Origin: an uncultured Acidobacteriota bacterium | GTDB taxonomy: Bacteria; Acidobacteriota; Terriglobia; Acidiferrales; UBA7541 | NCBI GenBank assembly: GCA_963836125.1 | Contig: CAWIIK010000006.1 | Span: forward strand, 31,975-95,974 | Direction: 5' to 3' | DNA: 64,000 bases | Part shown: in pieces, positions 7,890-17,448 of the stretch | Layout: each line of letters starts with the position of its first letter | Numbering within the stretch: position 1 is the first letter of the stretch | Translations under genes and position numbers: made by a program | Notes under the pieces: model-generated | What the model was told of the DNA's origin: nothing | The model's input: only the letters and a program-made list of their open reading frames with translations | Databases searched by the model: none

Positions 7890-9974
7890 ATGAATAGACG
7901 GCAAATATCGGCGACTGAGTTGAGGGCTCCAGCCCGAGGAAATGGGTCAACGAAGCGCATTTTCGCCTTCGTCCTGACCATCGTTGCGGCCGCAAGCATT
8001 ACTCTTGCCGCAGAGTCCGGCACCAACGAGTGGTCCACCGTGAACGGCACCGGCAACATGCGCTATTCCTCCCTCGCGCAGATCAACGCCGGGAACGTGG
8101 CGAAGATGGGAGCGGCGTGGGTGGTGGACGGGATCGAGCCGATGCCTTCAAATCGCGCCACGCCGGTAATCGACGCCGGTTTGATGTTCTTGACAGCGCC
8201 GCCTTACGTGTACGCGGTGGACATCAACACCGGGAAGATCGCCTGGAGCTATAAGGCTGACGCACCAACTGCGCACGGAGGCGTGGCGGTCGGCGATGGG
8301 CTTGTTTTCGTAGGTATTTGGAACCCCGCCAGAACGACCCTGATCGCGCTACGAGAGAAAACGGGGGAGCTTGCGTGGAAATCTTCTCTGGTGCCCTCGT
8401 CCGGCGAACCAACCGGCGGCGCTTCGGGTGCCCCCTTGTTCGCCGACGGAGTGGTATCGATCGGCACAAACGGGGATTACGGATATCGGGGCCAGATCGT
8501 AGCCTTTGATGCCAAGACCGGGAAGGAAGCCTGGCGGTTTTACGTGGTGCCGTCGCCGGGAGAGCCGGGGTCCAACACGTGGCCGAAGAACAATGACGCG
8601 TGGTTGCACGGCGGCGGCGCCGTCTGGCTGGATGGCGTTTACGATCCGGAATTGGGCCTGGAGTTTTACGTCACGGGAAACGCTGTCCCGCAATATGGCG
8701 GCGAATACCGGCCAGGCGACAATCTGTACACCGATTGCGTGATCGCTCTCGACAACCAGACCGGCAAGCTGCGCTGGTATTATCAGGTGGTCCACCACGA
8801 CATATGGGAAGCCGATATCGCTGAAGCGCCGGTTCTCTTCGATGCCGAAGTGGACGGCCACGTCCGCAAGGCGATTGCAGCCATGCGCACGGACGGATAC
8901 CTGTTCATGTTCGATCGCGCGACCGGTAAGCCACTCGATCCCATGGAAGAGCGGAGCGTGCAGCAAGACGCGTATCAGAAAACAGCGAAAACACAGCCCT
9001 ATCCCGTCGGCGCCGAACCCGTCCTGCCAGACTGCGATTACTGGAAAACGCAGGCTATACCCGCGGGTTTTGATTTGGGCTGTTTCTTCACGCCCGCGGC
9101 TGTCGATAAGCCGAATCTGCTTGTCCCGGTTTACGGCATGCGCGCCACGCCGATGGCATTCGATCCGCAAACGCACTTTTTCTATGCCACCGGAAATGCC
9201 GGATTGCAGTGGTTCCGGCGAACGAAAGATCCGGACTTTTTCAGCCTGGGCTTCAGCAATCGTGTACCAGGGCTGGGCAAATTGGGCTACGGCGTACTGG
9301 CCGCGATCGATAGCCGCACCGACAAGATCGTCTGGAAAAACGAAATCCACGATGGGAGGCCCAGCGGCGCCCTGGCGACCGCAGGAGGCCTGGTGTTTCA
9401 GATGGCTGGAGACGGCAATCTCCAAGCGTACGACGCCAAGGGTGGCTCTCTGCTGTGGCAGTTTCAGACCGGCTCGCCCGTCGGCGGTCCGCCGATCGCT
9501 TTCGAGAATCGTGGCGAGGAATACATTGCTAGCGTCGTGGGTGGCGCCGTCTGGGCCTTCACGCTCGGTGGAACGATTCCACAGCGCTCGGCGCTGCCCA
9601 TTCACCCGCAAGAAGATTTTTCAGGGCCAATTACTGATACGGCGAGCATCGAAACTGCGACTCTCGTGCGAGATATGGGCCTCACGGGCGCGCATTTCAT
9701 CGCCGACGAGTACGAGTTCAATCCCTACCGCGCTCGAGTTACGGTCGGCACGCGCGTCTCCTGGCGGAACAATGGCGTGATGGATCACACCATTGTGGCC
9801 GTGGATGACTCTTGGACAACCGGTACGCTCGACCCTCTCGACATCGGCACGGTCGTCTTCGACAAACCGGGGACGTATGTCTACCACTGTAAGGAGTACC
9901 CGTGGGACTACGGCGAAATCATCGTCGTACCCGCGGAGGCACAGAGCCAACCGGCCGGCCAACAGGATCCATAG
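7890..9974 (+). CDS. PQQ-dependent dehydrogenase (methanol/ethanol family beta-propeller) with a C-terminal cupredoxin-like domain
   Basis: Family-typical stretches are NMRYSSLAQINAGNVAKMGAAWV, ATPVIDAGLMFLTAPPYVYAVDINTGKIAWSYK and DNLYTDCVIALDNQTGKLRWYYQVVHHDIWE. The C-terminal ~100 aa read ...RVSWRNNGVMDHTIVAV...GTYVYHCKEYPWDYGEIIVV. AAGGAG lies 5 nt before the ATG at 7890, while the listed ORF starts at the GTG at 7887. Confidence 0.85.
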   Translation: MNRRQISATELRAPARGNGSTKRIFAFVLTIVAAASITLAAESGTNEWSTVNGTGNMRYSSLAQINAGNVAKMGAAWVVDGIEPMPSNRATPVIDAGLMFLTAPPYVYAVDINTGKIAWSYKADAPTAHGGVAVGDGLVFVGIWNPARTTLIALREKTGELAWKSSLVPSSGEPTGGASGAPLFADGVVSIGTNGDYGYRGQIVAFDAKTGKEAWRFYVVPSPGEPGSNTWPKNNDAWLHGGGAVWLDGVYDPELGLEFYVTGNAVPQYGGEYRPGDNLYTDCVIALDNQTGKLRWYYQVVHHDIWEADIAEAPVLFDAEVDGHVRKAIAAMRTDGYLFMFDRATGKPLDPMEERSVQQDAYQKTAKTQPYPVGAEPVLPDCDYWKTQAIPAGFDLGCFFTPAAVDKPNLLVPVYGMRATPMAFDPQTHFFYATGNAGLQWFRRTKDPDFFSLGFSNRVPGLGKLGYGVLAAIDSRTDKIVWKNEIHDGRPSGALATAGGLVFQMAGDGNLQAYDAKGGSLLWQFQTGSPVGGPPIAFENRGEEYIASVVGGAVWAFTLGGTIPQRSALPIHPQEDFSGPITDTASIETATLVRDMGLTGAHFIADEYEFNPYRARVTVGTRVSWRNNGVMDHTIVAVDDSWTTGTLDPLDIGTVVFDKPGTYVYHCKEYPWDYGEIIVVPAEAQSQPAGQQDP

Positions 9975-10160
9975 TCTTTTGGGGAACGGTAACGTTCCGC
10001 AGATTACAGCCGACGAGCCAGAGCGACGTCTGAAATCGAAAGCCACCCTGATCGGCGTGAGCACGGATGACGGCGACGCCTCGTCCCGACCCGGGTCCCG
10101 AGCAACGGCCATTGTTTCGACGGCAAAGAAGAGAGAGAATCGCGGCGCTCCGCCGGCGCT

Positions 10161-11423
10161 ATGGGCAATTCACTGCTCCAATTCGTCCCCAAGGAAGGCG
10201 CACAACTGATACTGGTGCTCTTCCTTTCCTTTCTGATCGGCCTCGAGCGCGAGGAACAGAAAATCATATCGGACCAGTACCGCTTTGGCGGAGTTCGCAC
10301 ATTTCCGCTGCTGGGCCTGCTCGGCTACGCGCTCTGCGTGTTTTCGGACGGAAATCTCGCGCTCCCCTCCGTCGGGTTCGCCGTCGTCGGAGCGTTTCTC
10401 TGGCAATCCTACCGGCACAAGCTCGAGGGAGTGGCGCTGGCCGGAATGACGACCGAGCTCTCCGGCTTGATGACCTATGTGATCGGAGCGCTCGTCTCGC
10501 GCGAGCAGTATTGGGTCGCGGTCACGCTTACGGTGCTCGCCGTCGCGCTGCTCGAGCTGAAGACGGGACTCGAGAGCCTCGCCAAACGAATGCCGGGCGC
10601 CGAAATCCTGACCTTCGCAAAGTTTCTCCTGCTGACCGCGGTAATCCTTCCCGTCGTGCCGAACCAGACATTCGGCTCCTTTAGCTTCAATCCGTTCAAG
10701 GCGTGGTTGGTCGTTGTCGTCGTCAGCGCCATTTCTTACGGCAGCTACCTCTTGCAGCTCTGGGCGCAAGGACGCGGCGGCGTTCTGCTGGCCGCTCTGC
10801 TCGGCGGAGCCTACTCCTCGACGCTCACCACCGTGGTGCTCGCCAAGCGCGCCCGCGAGCAGTCCCGCCCTCATCTATACTCCGGCTCGATACTCGTCGC
10901 ATCCGGCGTCATGTATTTGCGCCTTCTCGCGCTTCTGGCAATTTTCAGTCGCCCTCTGCTGCACAGGCTCGGATTGCCGTTTCTGCTGCTTGCTGCCGCT
11001 GCCCTTCTCGGTGGCTGGCTGTGGATGCGCATGCTCGATCGCGGCGGGACGAACGCACCACAAGCCTTGCAGCCGAAAAATCCGCTGGAGCTGAGTGCGG
11101 CGTTTTTGTTCGCGGCGTTGTTTGTGGGAATGCTGTTCATCACGCATGTTGCACTGCTCCATCTAGGCCGCGGGGGGCTCTTCGGAGTGGCTGGAGTGAT
11201 GGGCGTCACCGACGTGGATCCATTTATCTTGAGCCTGGCGGCTTCCAACTCGACGCTGACGCCTGTTGCGCTCGCCGCAGGAGCAATCGTGATCGCTGCC
11301 GCGAGCAACAACTTCATCAAGGGCATCTATGCGTATGGTTTCGGAGATCGCCGCACCGGCACGCAGGCGCTCATATTCCTCACGATCCTGGCGCTGCTTG
11401 GATTGTTGCCTTTACTCGTATGA
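10161..11423 (+). CDS. MgtC/SapB-family membrane protein with a DUF4010-like C-terminal region
   Basis: This is a polytopic hydrophobic protein. Its N-terminus, LILVLFLSFLIGLEREEQK, is typical of MgtC-family proteins. Confidence 0.7.
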   Translation: MGNSLLQFVPKEGAQLILVLFLSFLIGLEREEQKIISDQYRFGGVRTFPLLGLLGYALCVFSDGNLALPSVGFAVVGAFLWQSYRHKLEGVALAGMTTELSGLMTYVIGALVSREQYWVAVTLTVLAVALLELKTGLESLAKRMPGAEILTFAKFLLLTAVILPVVPNQTFGSFSFNPFKAWLVVVVVSAISYGSYLLQLWAQGRGGVLLAALLGGAYSSTLTTVVLAKRAREQSRPHLYSGSILVASGVMYLRLLALLAIFSRPLLHRLGLPFLLLAAAALLGGWLWMRMLDRGGTNAPQALQPKNPLELSAAFLFAALFVGMLFITHVALLHLGRGGLFGVAGVMGVTDVDPFILSLAASNSTLTPVALAAGAIVIAAASNNFIKGIYAYGFGDRRTGTQALIFLTILALLGLLPLLV

Positions 11424-11439
11424 AACCAGCCGCCGGACG

Positions 11440-12207
11440 TCAAGCCTTGCCCTTCTGCACCACTTCCACTGGCATGTGACTCAGCTTCGTATAGATCCGG
11501 ATTCGCCGGAGCAGAGGCCACCAGTCGTACAGATAAATCTGCATCGGCCGCCACATCGCAACCCAGCCGGCAATCGTAAGGCTCTCCCGCGCGACGGCGG
11601 CCCATGTGCCCAGAGCGCGACCCAACAATAGGTTCGTCAGAACTAGACACGCGGCCAGGAACAACAGCCCGATCAAAAGACTCGTACGGCCTTGCTTGAG
11701 GAGGCGCCTGAATTCCAAACGAGCGATCTGGACACGGTGCGAAAAGTGGTTGTGAACCGCCGTTTTGATCAGCTCTTTGGGATCCTCGGCCGGCCACTGA
11801 TCCAGGTAGATGCGCAACCGGATGGCAGCATTCGACGGGCATTCCTGGGCCCAACTTACGATGAACTCTTCCGCGTCATCGTCGAGATCGCGTTCGATGA
11901 ACGGAGAAGGATCCATTGAATTGAAAAGCTGGTTGATGTCGCGCAGTTTGACCCGGATGGTGTGCGTATGCCCCCGTTCCTTGCCGGCAGCACTCGGTAA
12001 CGGAAAACGCGCACGAGGATCCGCGTTGTCTTCCGTTCCGCTGGTATCGGCCCGTTCGACCAATGGATAGCCCCGATTCCTTTTGGAGCAGCTATTTTGC
12101 TCGCGAACTTGGTCCTCGCTACGACGCCGGAATTCTAGCAAGTCCCCGGGCAGAGCACCTACAAAGGCCCATGGCTGGCCAAGAGGCCGCTCGACCTTAC
12201 GCCGCAA
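11440..12207 (-). CDS. Hypothetical membrane protein (start codon uncertain)
   Basis: The ORF has a soluble N-terminal part (INQLFNSMDPSPFIERDLDDDAEEFIVSWAQE) and two C-terminal hydrophobic segments (LLIGLLFLAACLVLTNLLL and TIAGWVAMW). No family was recognised. Confidence 0.5.
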   Translation of the reverse strand: MRRKVERPLGQPWAFVGALPGDLLEFRRRSEDQVREQNSCSKRNRGYPLVERADTSGTEDNADPRARFPLPSAAGKERGHTHTIRVKLRDINQLFNSMDPSPFIERDLDDDAEEFIVSWAQECPSNAAIRLRIYLDQWPAEDPKELIKTAVHNHFSHRVQIARLEFRRLLKQGRTSLLIGLLFLAACLVLTNLLLGRALGTWAAVARESLTIAGWVAMWRPMQIYLYDWWPLLRRIRIYTKLSHMPVEVVQKGKA

Positions 12208-12650
12208 ACCGCCTCGCGCGCCTCAGAGTTCCGCAAGCGAAGTCGGTAATCCGCATGCGTAAGCGAAGGAGGCTGGCGAGCCAGAAAATTTCCGTTTTGA
12301 ACCAGCGAATTTCGAATGTTACTTCTTCCAATGACCTGAAATCCATGTCAGCAAAAACGGGCCAGTCGAGCCAAATCTTCTCCCTTTCGGTGGGGCTCAG
12401 AATTCAGTGCCCACGAGGAAAGCTGGCAAGATCGAGAGCACCTCTATCTCGCTGTATCGATTGACTTTGCTCATTGCGATCGCCGAATCCCCATTCAACT
12501 CTCAAATACCCGCTTCGCGAAACGTTCGGCGACACCTCGTTGTACTGGGAGGGCCACAATCCGCCCAATCGCTTCAGCTTTGGAAAAGTGATTGCATCTA
12601 ATCCGATTCTCTGGCAAAACTCTTCGCACGCTACGAGAGGGGTCGTGTCC

Positions 12651-13004
12651 ATGGCGATTTCGGTCCGGCAGAGCAACAACATAACCATCGTCGATGTGGT
12701 TGGCGACATCACGCTTCACAACACGCCTGAAGTGCGCAAAGTGTTGCTCGATCTGATCAAAGAAAAGCGTGCGAGCAGAGTCGTGATGAATCTCAGTGCG
12801 GTGAGATACATCGACAGCGCCGGCGTCGCCTCGCTCGTGGAAGGCCTGAAGATGTCGCGCGAAATGAAGAGCGGATTTGCTCTGTTTGGGTTGAGCCGGA
12901 CCGCGCGCGAGGTGCTGGAACTCACCCGGCTCATCAAGGTGTTTGAAGTTTACAACACCGAAGAAGAGGCTGTGCTCGGCCGCGCGGCGGCCTCGGCGTC
13001 ATAA
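12651..13004 (+). CDS. STAS-domain protein (anti-sigma-factor-antagonist / MlaB-like)
   Basis: The sequence MAISVRQSNNITIVDVVGDITLHNTPEVRKVLLDL...VVMNLSAVRYIDSAGVASLVEGL matches the STAS pattern. The ATG at 12651 was chosen over the long N-terminal extension of the listed ORF. Confidence 0.8.
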   Translation: MAISVRQSNNITIVDVVGDITLHNTPEVRKVLLDLIKEKRASRVVMNLSAVRYIDSAGVASLVEGLKMSREMKSGFALFGLSRTAREVLELTRLIKVFEVYNTEEEAVLGRAAASAS

Positions 13005-13065
13005 GCTCGGTCTCGGTCCGACCCTGCTGGATCTCAGCGCCCAAATACTCGAAGATGCCCTCGAA

Positions 13066-13863
13066 ATGCCACTAACCGAAACGATCGGCGAAGCGACGAT
13101 CAATGGCCTGGCCTACGTCGGCGGCCTGGCGCAACTCACCGGCGGCGCGGCCCGCGCGGTTTTCGTCGAACCCTTCCGCGGCGGCAAGCTCCGGTTCGGC
13201 CGAGCCATCCATCAGGCCATGGCCGTCGGAGTCGAAGCCCTTCCCATCGTTTCCCTGATTTCGTTTTTCATCGGGACGATTCTCGCCCTCCAGGGGGCCT
13301 ACGAACTCCGTAAATTTGGCGCCTTGAGCCAGGTCGCGAATGCCGTCGTAGTCATAATGACACGCGAACTCGGCCCGCTGATGACGGCAGTTGTCGTCAT
13401 CGGGCGCTCCGGGTCCGCGTTCGCCGCCGAGATCGGAACGATGAAGGTGAACGAAGAAATCGATGCGCTTGAAACGATGGCGCTCGATCCCGTCCATTTC
13501 CTGGTCGCCCCGAAGTTTCTCGCCATGATCCTCATGATGCCCTGCCTAACGACCTGGGCCGATTTCATGGGCGTCCTGGGCGGCGCGTTTTTCGGCATCG
13601 CCGCTGCTGGCTTCACTCTTGGCACCTACATCCAAGCGACCCTCGACGCGCTCATTTTGCACGACATCATGACGGGCTTGATCAAGAGCGTCATGTTCGC
13701 GCTGGTGATCACGGCAGTGGGCTGCCACGAAGGCTTTTTGACCGGTCTCGGCTCCGAACAGGTTGGCCGCTCGACCACGTCGGCCGTGGTGAAATCGATA
13801 TTTCTTGTGGTCGTGGTCGACCTTATATTCACCGGCATCTTTTATTTCACGGCACCACGGTAG
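13066..13863 (+). CDS. mlaE: MlaE-family ABC transporter permease
   Basis: Family-typical stretches are ...LPIVSLISFFIGTILALQGAYELRKFGA...VVIMTRELGPLMTAVVVIGRSGSAFAAEIGTMKVNEEIDALETMALDP... Confidence 0.85.
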   Translation: MPLTETIGEATINGLAYVGGLAQLTGGAARAVFVEPFRGGKLRFGRAIHQAMAVGVEALPIVSLISFFIGTILALQGAYELRKFGALSQVANAVVVIMTRELGPLMTAVVVIGRSGSAFAAEIGTMKVNEEIDALETMALDPVHFLVAPKFLAMILMMPCLTTWADFMGVLGGAFFGIAAAGFTLGTYIQATLDALILHDIMTGLIKSVMFALVITAVGCHEGFLTGLGSEQVGRSTTSAVVKSIFLVVVVDLIFTGIFYFTAPR

Positions 13864-13867
13864 AGCG

Positions 13868-14716
13868 ATGGCAACGAAACTTGTCCGAAAAGACGACGCG
13901 CCCGACGGCCCCGCCGACTGCGCGATTTCCGTCCAAAATCTGCGCGTGCAATACGGCGCTCGCGAAGTGCTGCACGGCATCAGCTTCGAGATTCCTGCCG
14001 GCGAGACGTTCGTAATTTTGGGCGGCTCCGGCTCGGGAAAGAGCACGCTCCTGCGCACGCTCGTCGGACTCGAGCATCCCAGCGGCGGGGAAATAATAAT
14101 GCGCGGAAAGAACTACGCCACGATCTCCGAGCCCGAGCGCGAGGAGCTTCTCAAGAAAATGGGAATGTCGTTTCAGCAAGGCGCGCTCTTCGGCTCGATG
14201 ACCGTCGGTGAAAACGTGGCCCTTCCCTTGCGCGAGCACACGGAACTCGATCAATCGACCATCGAGATTGTCGTGCGGCTCAAGCTCGACCAGGTCGGCC
14301 TCACCGGCTTCGACGACTACATGCCCGCGCAGCTCAGCGGCGGCATGCGCAAGCGCGCTGCCATCGCCAGGGCGCTCGCGATGGACCCCGAAATCCTTTT
14401 CTTCGACGAGCCCTCGGCCGGCCTCGATCCGATCATCGCCGCCGGGATCGACGAGCTGATTCTGAAGCTAAAAAAGGCTTTTCGGATGACGATCGTTGTC
14501 GTCACGCACGAGCTGGCCAGCGCGTTCCTGATCGCCGATCGCATGATTTTGATCGACAAGGGCGTGATCGTCGCGAACGGAACCACGGCGGAGCTGCGCG
14601 AGAGCAAGCATCCCCGAGTCCGGCAATTCTTGGATCGCGTGCCGGAACCTGAAATCTCGGAGGAGATCGACTACCTCCAGATGCTGACGGGCGAGACCCC
14701 TCCGGACCGGCGCTAG
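13868..14716 (+). CDS. mlaF: MlaF-like ABC transporter ATP-binding protein
   Basis: It has a Walker A motif (GGSGSGKST), the ABC signature (LSGGMRKR) and a Walker B motif (ILFFDEP). The ATG at 13868 directly follows the mlaE stop. Confidence 0.9.
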   Translation: MATKLVRKDDAPDGPADCAISVQNLRVQYGAREVLHGISFEIPAGETFVILGGSGSGKSTLLRTLVGLEHPSGGEIIMRGKNYATISEPEREELLKKMGMSFQQGALFGSMTVGENVALPLREHTELDQSTIEIVVRLKLDQVGLTGFDDYMPAQLSGGMRKRAAIARALAMDPEILFFDEPSAGLDPIIAAGIDELILKLKKAFRMTIVVVTHELASAFLIADRMILIDKGVIVANGTTAELRESKHPRVRQFLDRVPEPEISEEIDYLQMLTGETPPDRR

Positions 14717-14806
14717 GGCTGGCCATCCGCGGGACTCGTGATATATACTCGCCGCCCTGTGGGCGGCCGCCAGGCGCGCTTGAAATAGCACTAATCGAGG
14801 AAACGA

Positions 14807-15772
14807 ATGGACGCAAAACGAGAGTCGGCTCTCGTCGGCCTCTTCGTGTTGGTGGCTTCGGGACTGCTGATCACGGTCGTACTTCTCCTCTCCGGCTGGC
14901 TGACCGGCGGCGATGTGCCATTCCGCGCCTACTTCAAGAATGCGGGCGGCCTCGAGCCCGGCTTCGAAGTTCATTACGCCGGCGGCCCGCCGATCGGGCG
15001 CGTCACGAAAGTCCAGAACGATCCCCAGGATCCCGCACGGATGGAGGTCGACTTCGCCGTTCATCCGTCCGTTCCCGTAAAGACCGACAGCAAAGCCGAG
15101 ATCACCAGCAATAGTCCCCTCGGCGACAATTTTCTCGAAATCGAGCCCGGGAGCGTCTCGGCCCCGCGTGCCCAGAGCGGCGCCACGTTGCCGGCGAAGG
15201 ACTATACCAACATCGAGGACATGATCGCCGCGCTCGGACCGAAAGTCGGCGAGCTCGTCGACAATCTGAATGAGCGTGTCGTCGCCCTCAAGGAAACGCT
15301 CGACCGCGTGAACGATCTTCTCGACGCCCAGAATCGCGCCAATATCTCGGCCAGCTTGGCCAACCTCAACGGAATGCTCAAGGAAGACCGCCCGGACATT
15401 CACTCGACGCTCGATCATATGAATGAGGCGAGCGCCAAATTGAGCCCGTTGATCGACGACTTCCGCAAGACCTCAGCCCAGGCAAACGATGCGATCAAGA
15501 ACCTCGACGCCGCTCTGGCCGAGGATCGCCCCGATCTCCACGCGTCCCTTGAGACTCTCCGCAAGACGCTGGTTTCGGCGCAGTCGCTTACCGATCAGCT
15601 CGACCACACGATGAATAGCAATGCGGAGAATCTCGACGAGATTCTCGACAACTTGCGGCGCATCACCGAGAACATGACCGAGTTCACCAATACGATCAAG
15701 ACGCGGCCCTATACTTTGATCCGTGCGTCCACACCGAAACCGCACGAGCCCGGGGAGCCGCCTCCAAAATAG
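14807..15772 (+). CDS. mlaD: MlaD/MCE-family substrate-binding protein
   Basis: It has an N-terminal TM helix, an MCE-like core (YFKNAGGLEPGFEVHYAGGPPIGRV) and a long helical C-terminal region. Confidence 0.8.
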   Translation: MDAKRESALVGLFVLVASGLLITVVLLLSGWLTGGDVPFRAYFKNAGGLEPGFEVHYAGGPPIGRVTKVQNDPQDPARMEVDFAVHPSVPVKTDSKAEITSNSPLGDNFLEIEPGSVSAPRAQSGATLPAKDYTNIEDMIAALGPKVGELVDNLNERVVALKETLDRVNDLLDAQNRANISASLANLNGMLKEDRPDIHSTLDHMNEASAKLSPLIDDFRKTSAQANDAIKNLDAALAEDRPDLHASLETLRKTLVSAQSLTDQLDHTMNSNAENLDEILDNLRRITENMTEFTNTIKTRPYTLIRASTPKPHEPGEPPPK

Positions 15773-15789
15773 TGCGAGAAGGAGTCAGA

Positions 15790-16416
15790 GTGTCGAAGCA
15801 ACGCATCTGGCAGGTTGCGCTCGTAATTTTACTGGCGGGATTTTCCGCGGCGTGCGGCGCTGCGCGCCCCTATAAGTACTACGTGCTCGACGTCAATCCC
15901 CCGGCGCCAGCCGCCCAACCGGCTCCCTATCCGGTGAACCTGATCGTCGGCCGCGTGAGCGCTCCCGAACTGTACCGCGATTCACGCATCGTCTATGGCA
16001 GCGGCGACGTTCAGTTGGGAGCTTACGAATACCACCGCTGGGCGGAACTGCCCCCGGAAATGCTTCAACAGCTGCTGGTTTCCTCGCTGCGTGCAACGGG
16101 GCAATACCGCTCCGTCACCCCGATCGGAAGCACCGCCCGCGGCGACTACATCCTCCGCGGCCAGCTCTATTCCCTTTACGGCGTCGACAGACCCAACCTC
16201 GTCGCTCGCTTCTCGATGGAAATCGATCTGTTCGATCCCAAGTCTGGCGAGACGATCTGGAGCGACAGGTACTCGCACGATGAGCCCGTCCAAGGCAAAA
16301 CCGTCGCCGATGTCGTCGAGGCTATGGATCGCGACGTCCGCGAGAGTATGAATCAATTCACGACGAACCTGGGCCAGTACTTCGCCGCCCACCCGCCGCA
16401 AACTCCTCAGAACTGA
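15790..16416 (+). CDS. ABC-transport auxiliary lipoprotein (PqiC-like)
   Basis: It has a lipobox (LLAGFSAAC). GAAGGAG lies 5 nt before the GTG at 15790. Size and position after an MCE gene fit a PqiC-type lipoprotein. Confidence 0.65.
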   Translation: MSKQRIWQVALVILLAGFSAACGAARPYKYYVLDVNPPAPAAQPAPYPVNLIVGRVSAPELYRDSRIVYGSGDVQLGAYEYHRWAELPPEMLQQLLVSSLRATGQYRSVTPIGSTARGDYILRGQLYSLYGVDRPNLVARFSMEIDLFDPKSGETIWSDRYSHDEPVQGKTVADVVEAMDRDVRESMNQFTTNLGQYFAAHPPQTPQN

Positions 16417-16841
16417 CTGTAGGGCTTGTTCTCGAACGGAGAAACTTCCTGAGAGCCGGAGTGTACGTCACAAATCCCGCTCATGGAGGTTTGGTCGGAG
16501 TCAAAGTACGCGTCGCACTCGTCCGTCACCCAGTCGTTTTGGTGCGTGATCGGATCGTCTGGGATCGAGCCAATATACTTGCTGTCGACCAGATCCTGAA
16601 GCGACCCCGGCGCGGCGTTCTTGTCGCGAATGTACTCCTGAATGGACCGGCGCATCACATCGAGGTCGCTATGAAGAGCTGCTTCGCGGGCCTGAATCAC
16701 GGTCTGGCGGTAGCCGCCGGCCGCCATGGTGGCCAGTATCGCGATAATCACGATGACGATCATGGCCTCAAGGAGCGTGAAACCAGTCTCATCGCCCGCC
16801 CTTGGCTTCCTGCCGTAAACATGCATATCCTGAATGGTCAT
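16407..16841 (-). CDS. Prepilin-type N-terminal cleavage/methylation domain protein (type II secretion / type IV pilus pseudopilin)
   Basis: The sequence G-FTLLEAMIVIVIIAILATMA is the prepilin cleavage motif followed by the hydrophobic helix. The start was chosen at MTIQD, after the stop of the upstream gene. Confidence 0.8.
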   Translation of the reverse strand: MTIQDMHVYGRKPRAGDETGFTLLEAMIVIVIIAILATMAAGGYRQTVIQAREAALHSDLDVMRRSIQEYIRDKNAAPGSLQDLVDSKYIGSIPDDPITHQNDWVTDECDAYFDSDQTSMSGICDVHSGSQEVSPFENKPYSQF

Positions 16842-16866
16842 TGGCGTTCCACCGCGCTCCGATGTC

Positions 16867-17442
16867 CTACCAGTCAGAGTATTTTGTCCCGTCGAGCGCC
16901 GTGCCTTGCGACTTGCTGTAGACATCAAAAACATCCTGCCCGCCCCACGACGTCGAATCCGGGTCATCCTGCACGGAACGCAGGCCCCAATCGGTATTCC
17001 CGGTCATGGGATCGACCGGTATCTCTCGCAGGTACCGGATCCTTTGGCTCTGCCCGCTCTGGTCGCTCGAGGCGGTTTGTCCGCTCTGTCCGATTGCGGC
17101 CCCCAAAATTCCGACGCCCTGCGTCGTCATTTGAACGCCGTCCTTCAAGGTTTCCAGATCGGGCGGATAGTTCTCCGTGCCGGCCTCCACCTGAAATTTC
17201 CCTTTTTCGGCGTCGTCGTGATAGCGATCGATCGCATCGCGCATTTGGCGAAGATCGTAGCGCAGCGTTTCCTCCTTCGCGCTGATCACTCGGACGCGCT
17301 CGAGCGGCAGAGCTACGGTCGCCAGGATCACGAGGATCGAGCACGAAATGATTAACTCGAGCAGGGTCATCCCGGCTTCGGTCGCGCGCCGCCGCCCTAT
17401 CGATGAATCGCTCTCCTTGCGATCGGTGTTCGCCATCTTCAT
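16867..17442 (-). CDS. Prepilin-type N-terminal cleavage/methylation domain protein (pseudopilin)
   Basis: It contains the prepilin motif G-MTLLELIISCSILVILATVA. Confidence 0.8.
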   Translation of the reverse strand: MKMANTDRKESDSSIGRRRATEAGMTLLELIISCSILVILATVALPLERVRVISAKEETLRYDLRQMRDAIDRYHDDAEKGKFQVEAGTENYPPDLETLKDGVQMTTQGVGILGAAIGQSGQTASSDQSGQSQRIRYLREIPVDPMTGNTDWGLRSVQDDPDSTSWGGQDVFDVYSKSQGTALDGTKYSDW

Positions 17443-17448
17443 TTTTCC

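Noticed and set aside
8349-9611. Long antisense or alternative-frame ORFs throughout the track. Examples are 8349..9611(-), 20885..21913(-), 23529..24545(+), 31275..32759(+), 36961..38952(+), 39164..40756(-), 52314..53909(+), 54292..55821(-) and 61137..62552(+).
   Set aside because: They overlap genes with clear family signatures on the other strand or frame. Their translations are Arg/Ala/Gly/Pro-rich with no recognisable motifs. Long shadow ORFs of this kind are expected in high-GC DNA.
9983-9998. The hairpin GGAACG-GTAA-CGTTCC after the PQQ dehydrogenase stop, as an intrinsic terminator.
   Set aside because: The stem is present but no U-tract follows it. The T-run precedes it, so it is not a canonical rho-independent terminator.
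12612-12628. A sigma-54 type promoter (TGGCAAAACTCTTCGCA) upstream of the STAS gene.
   Set aside because: The -12 element reads TTCGC rather than TTGC at the required spacing from the GG, so the GG-N10-GC geometry is not met.
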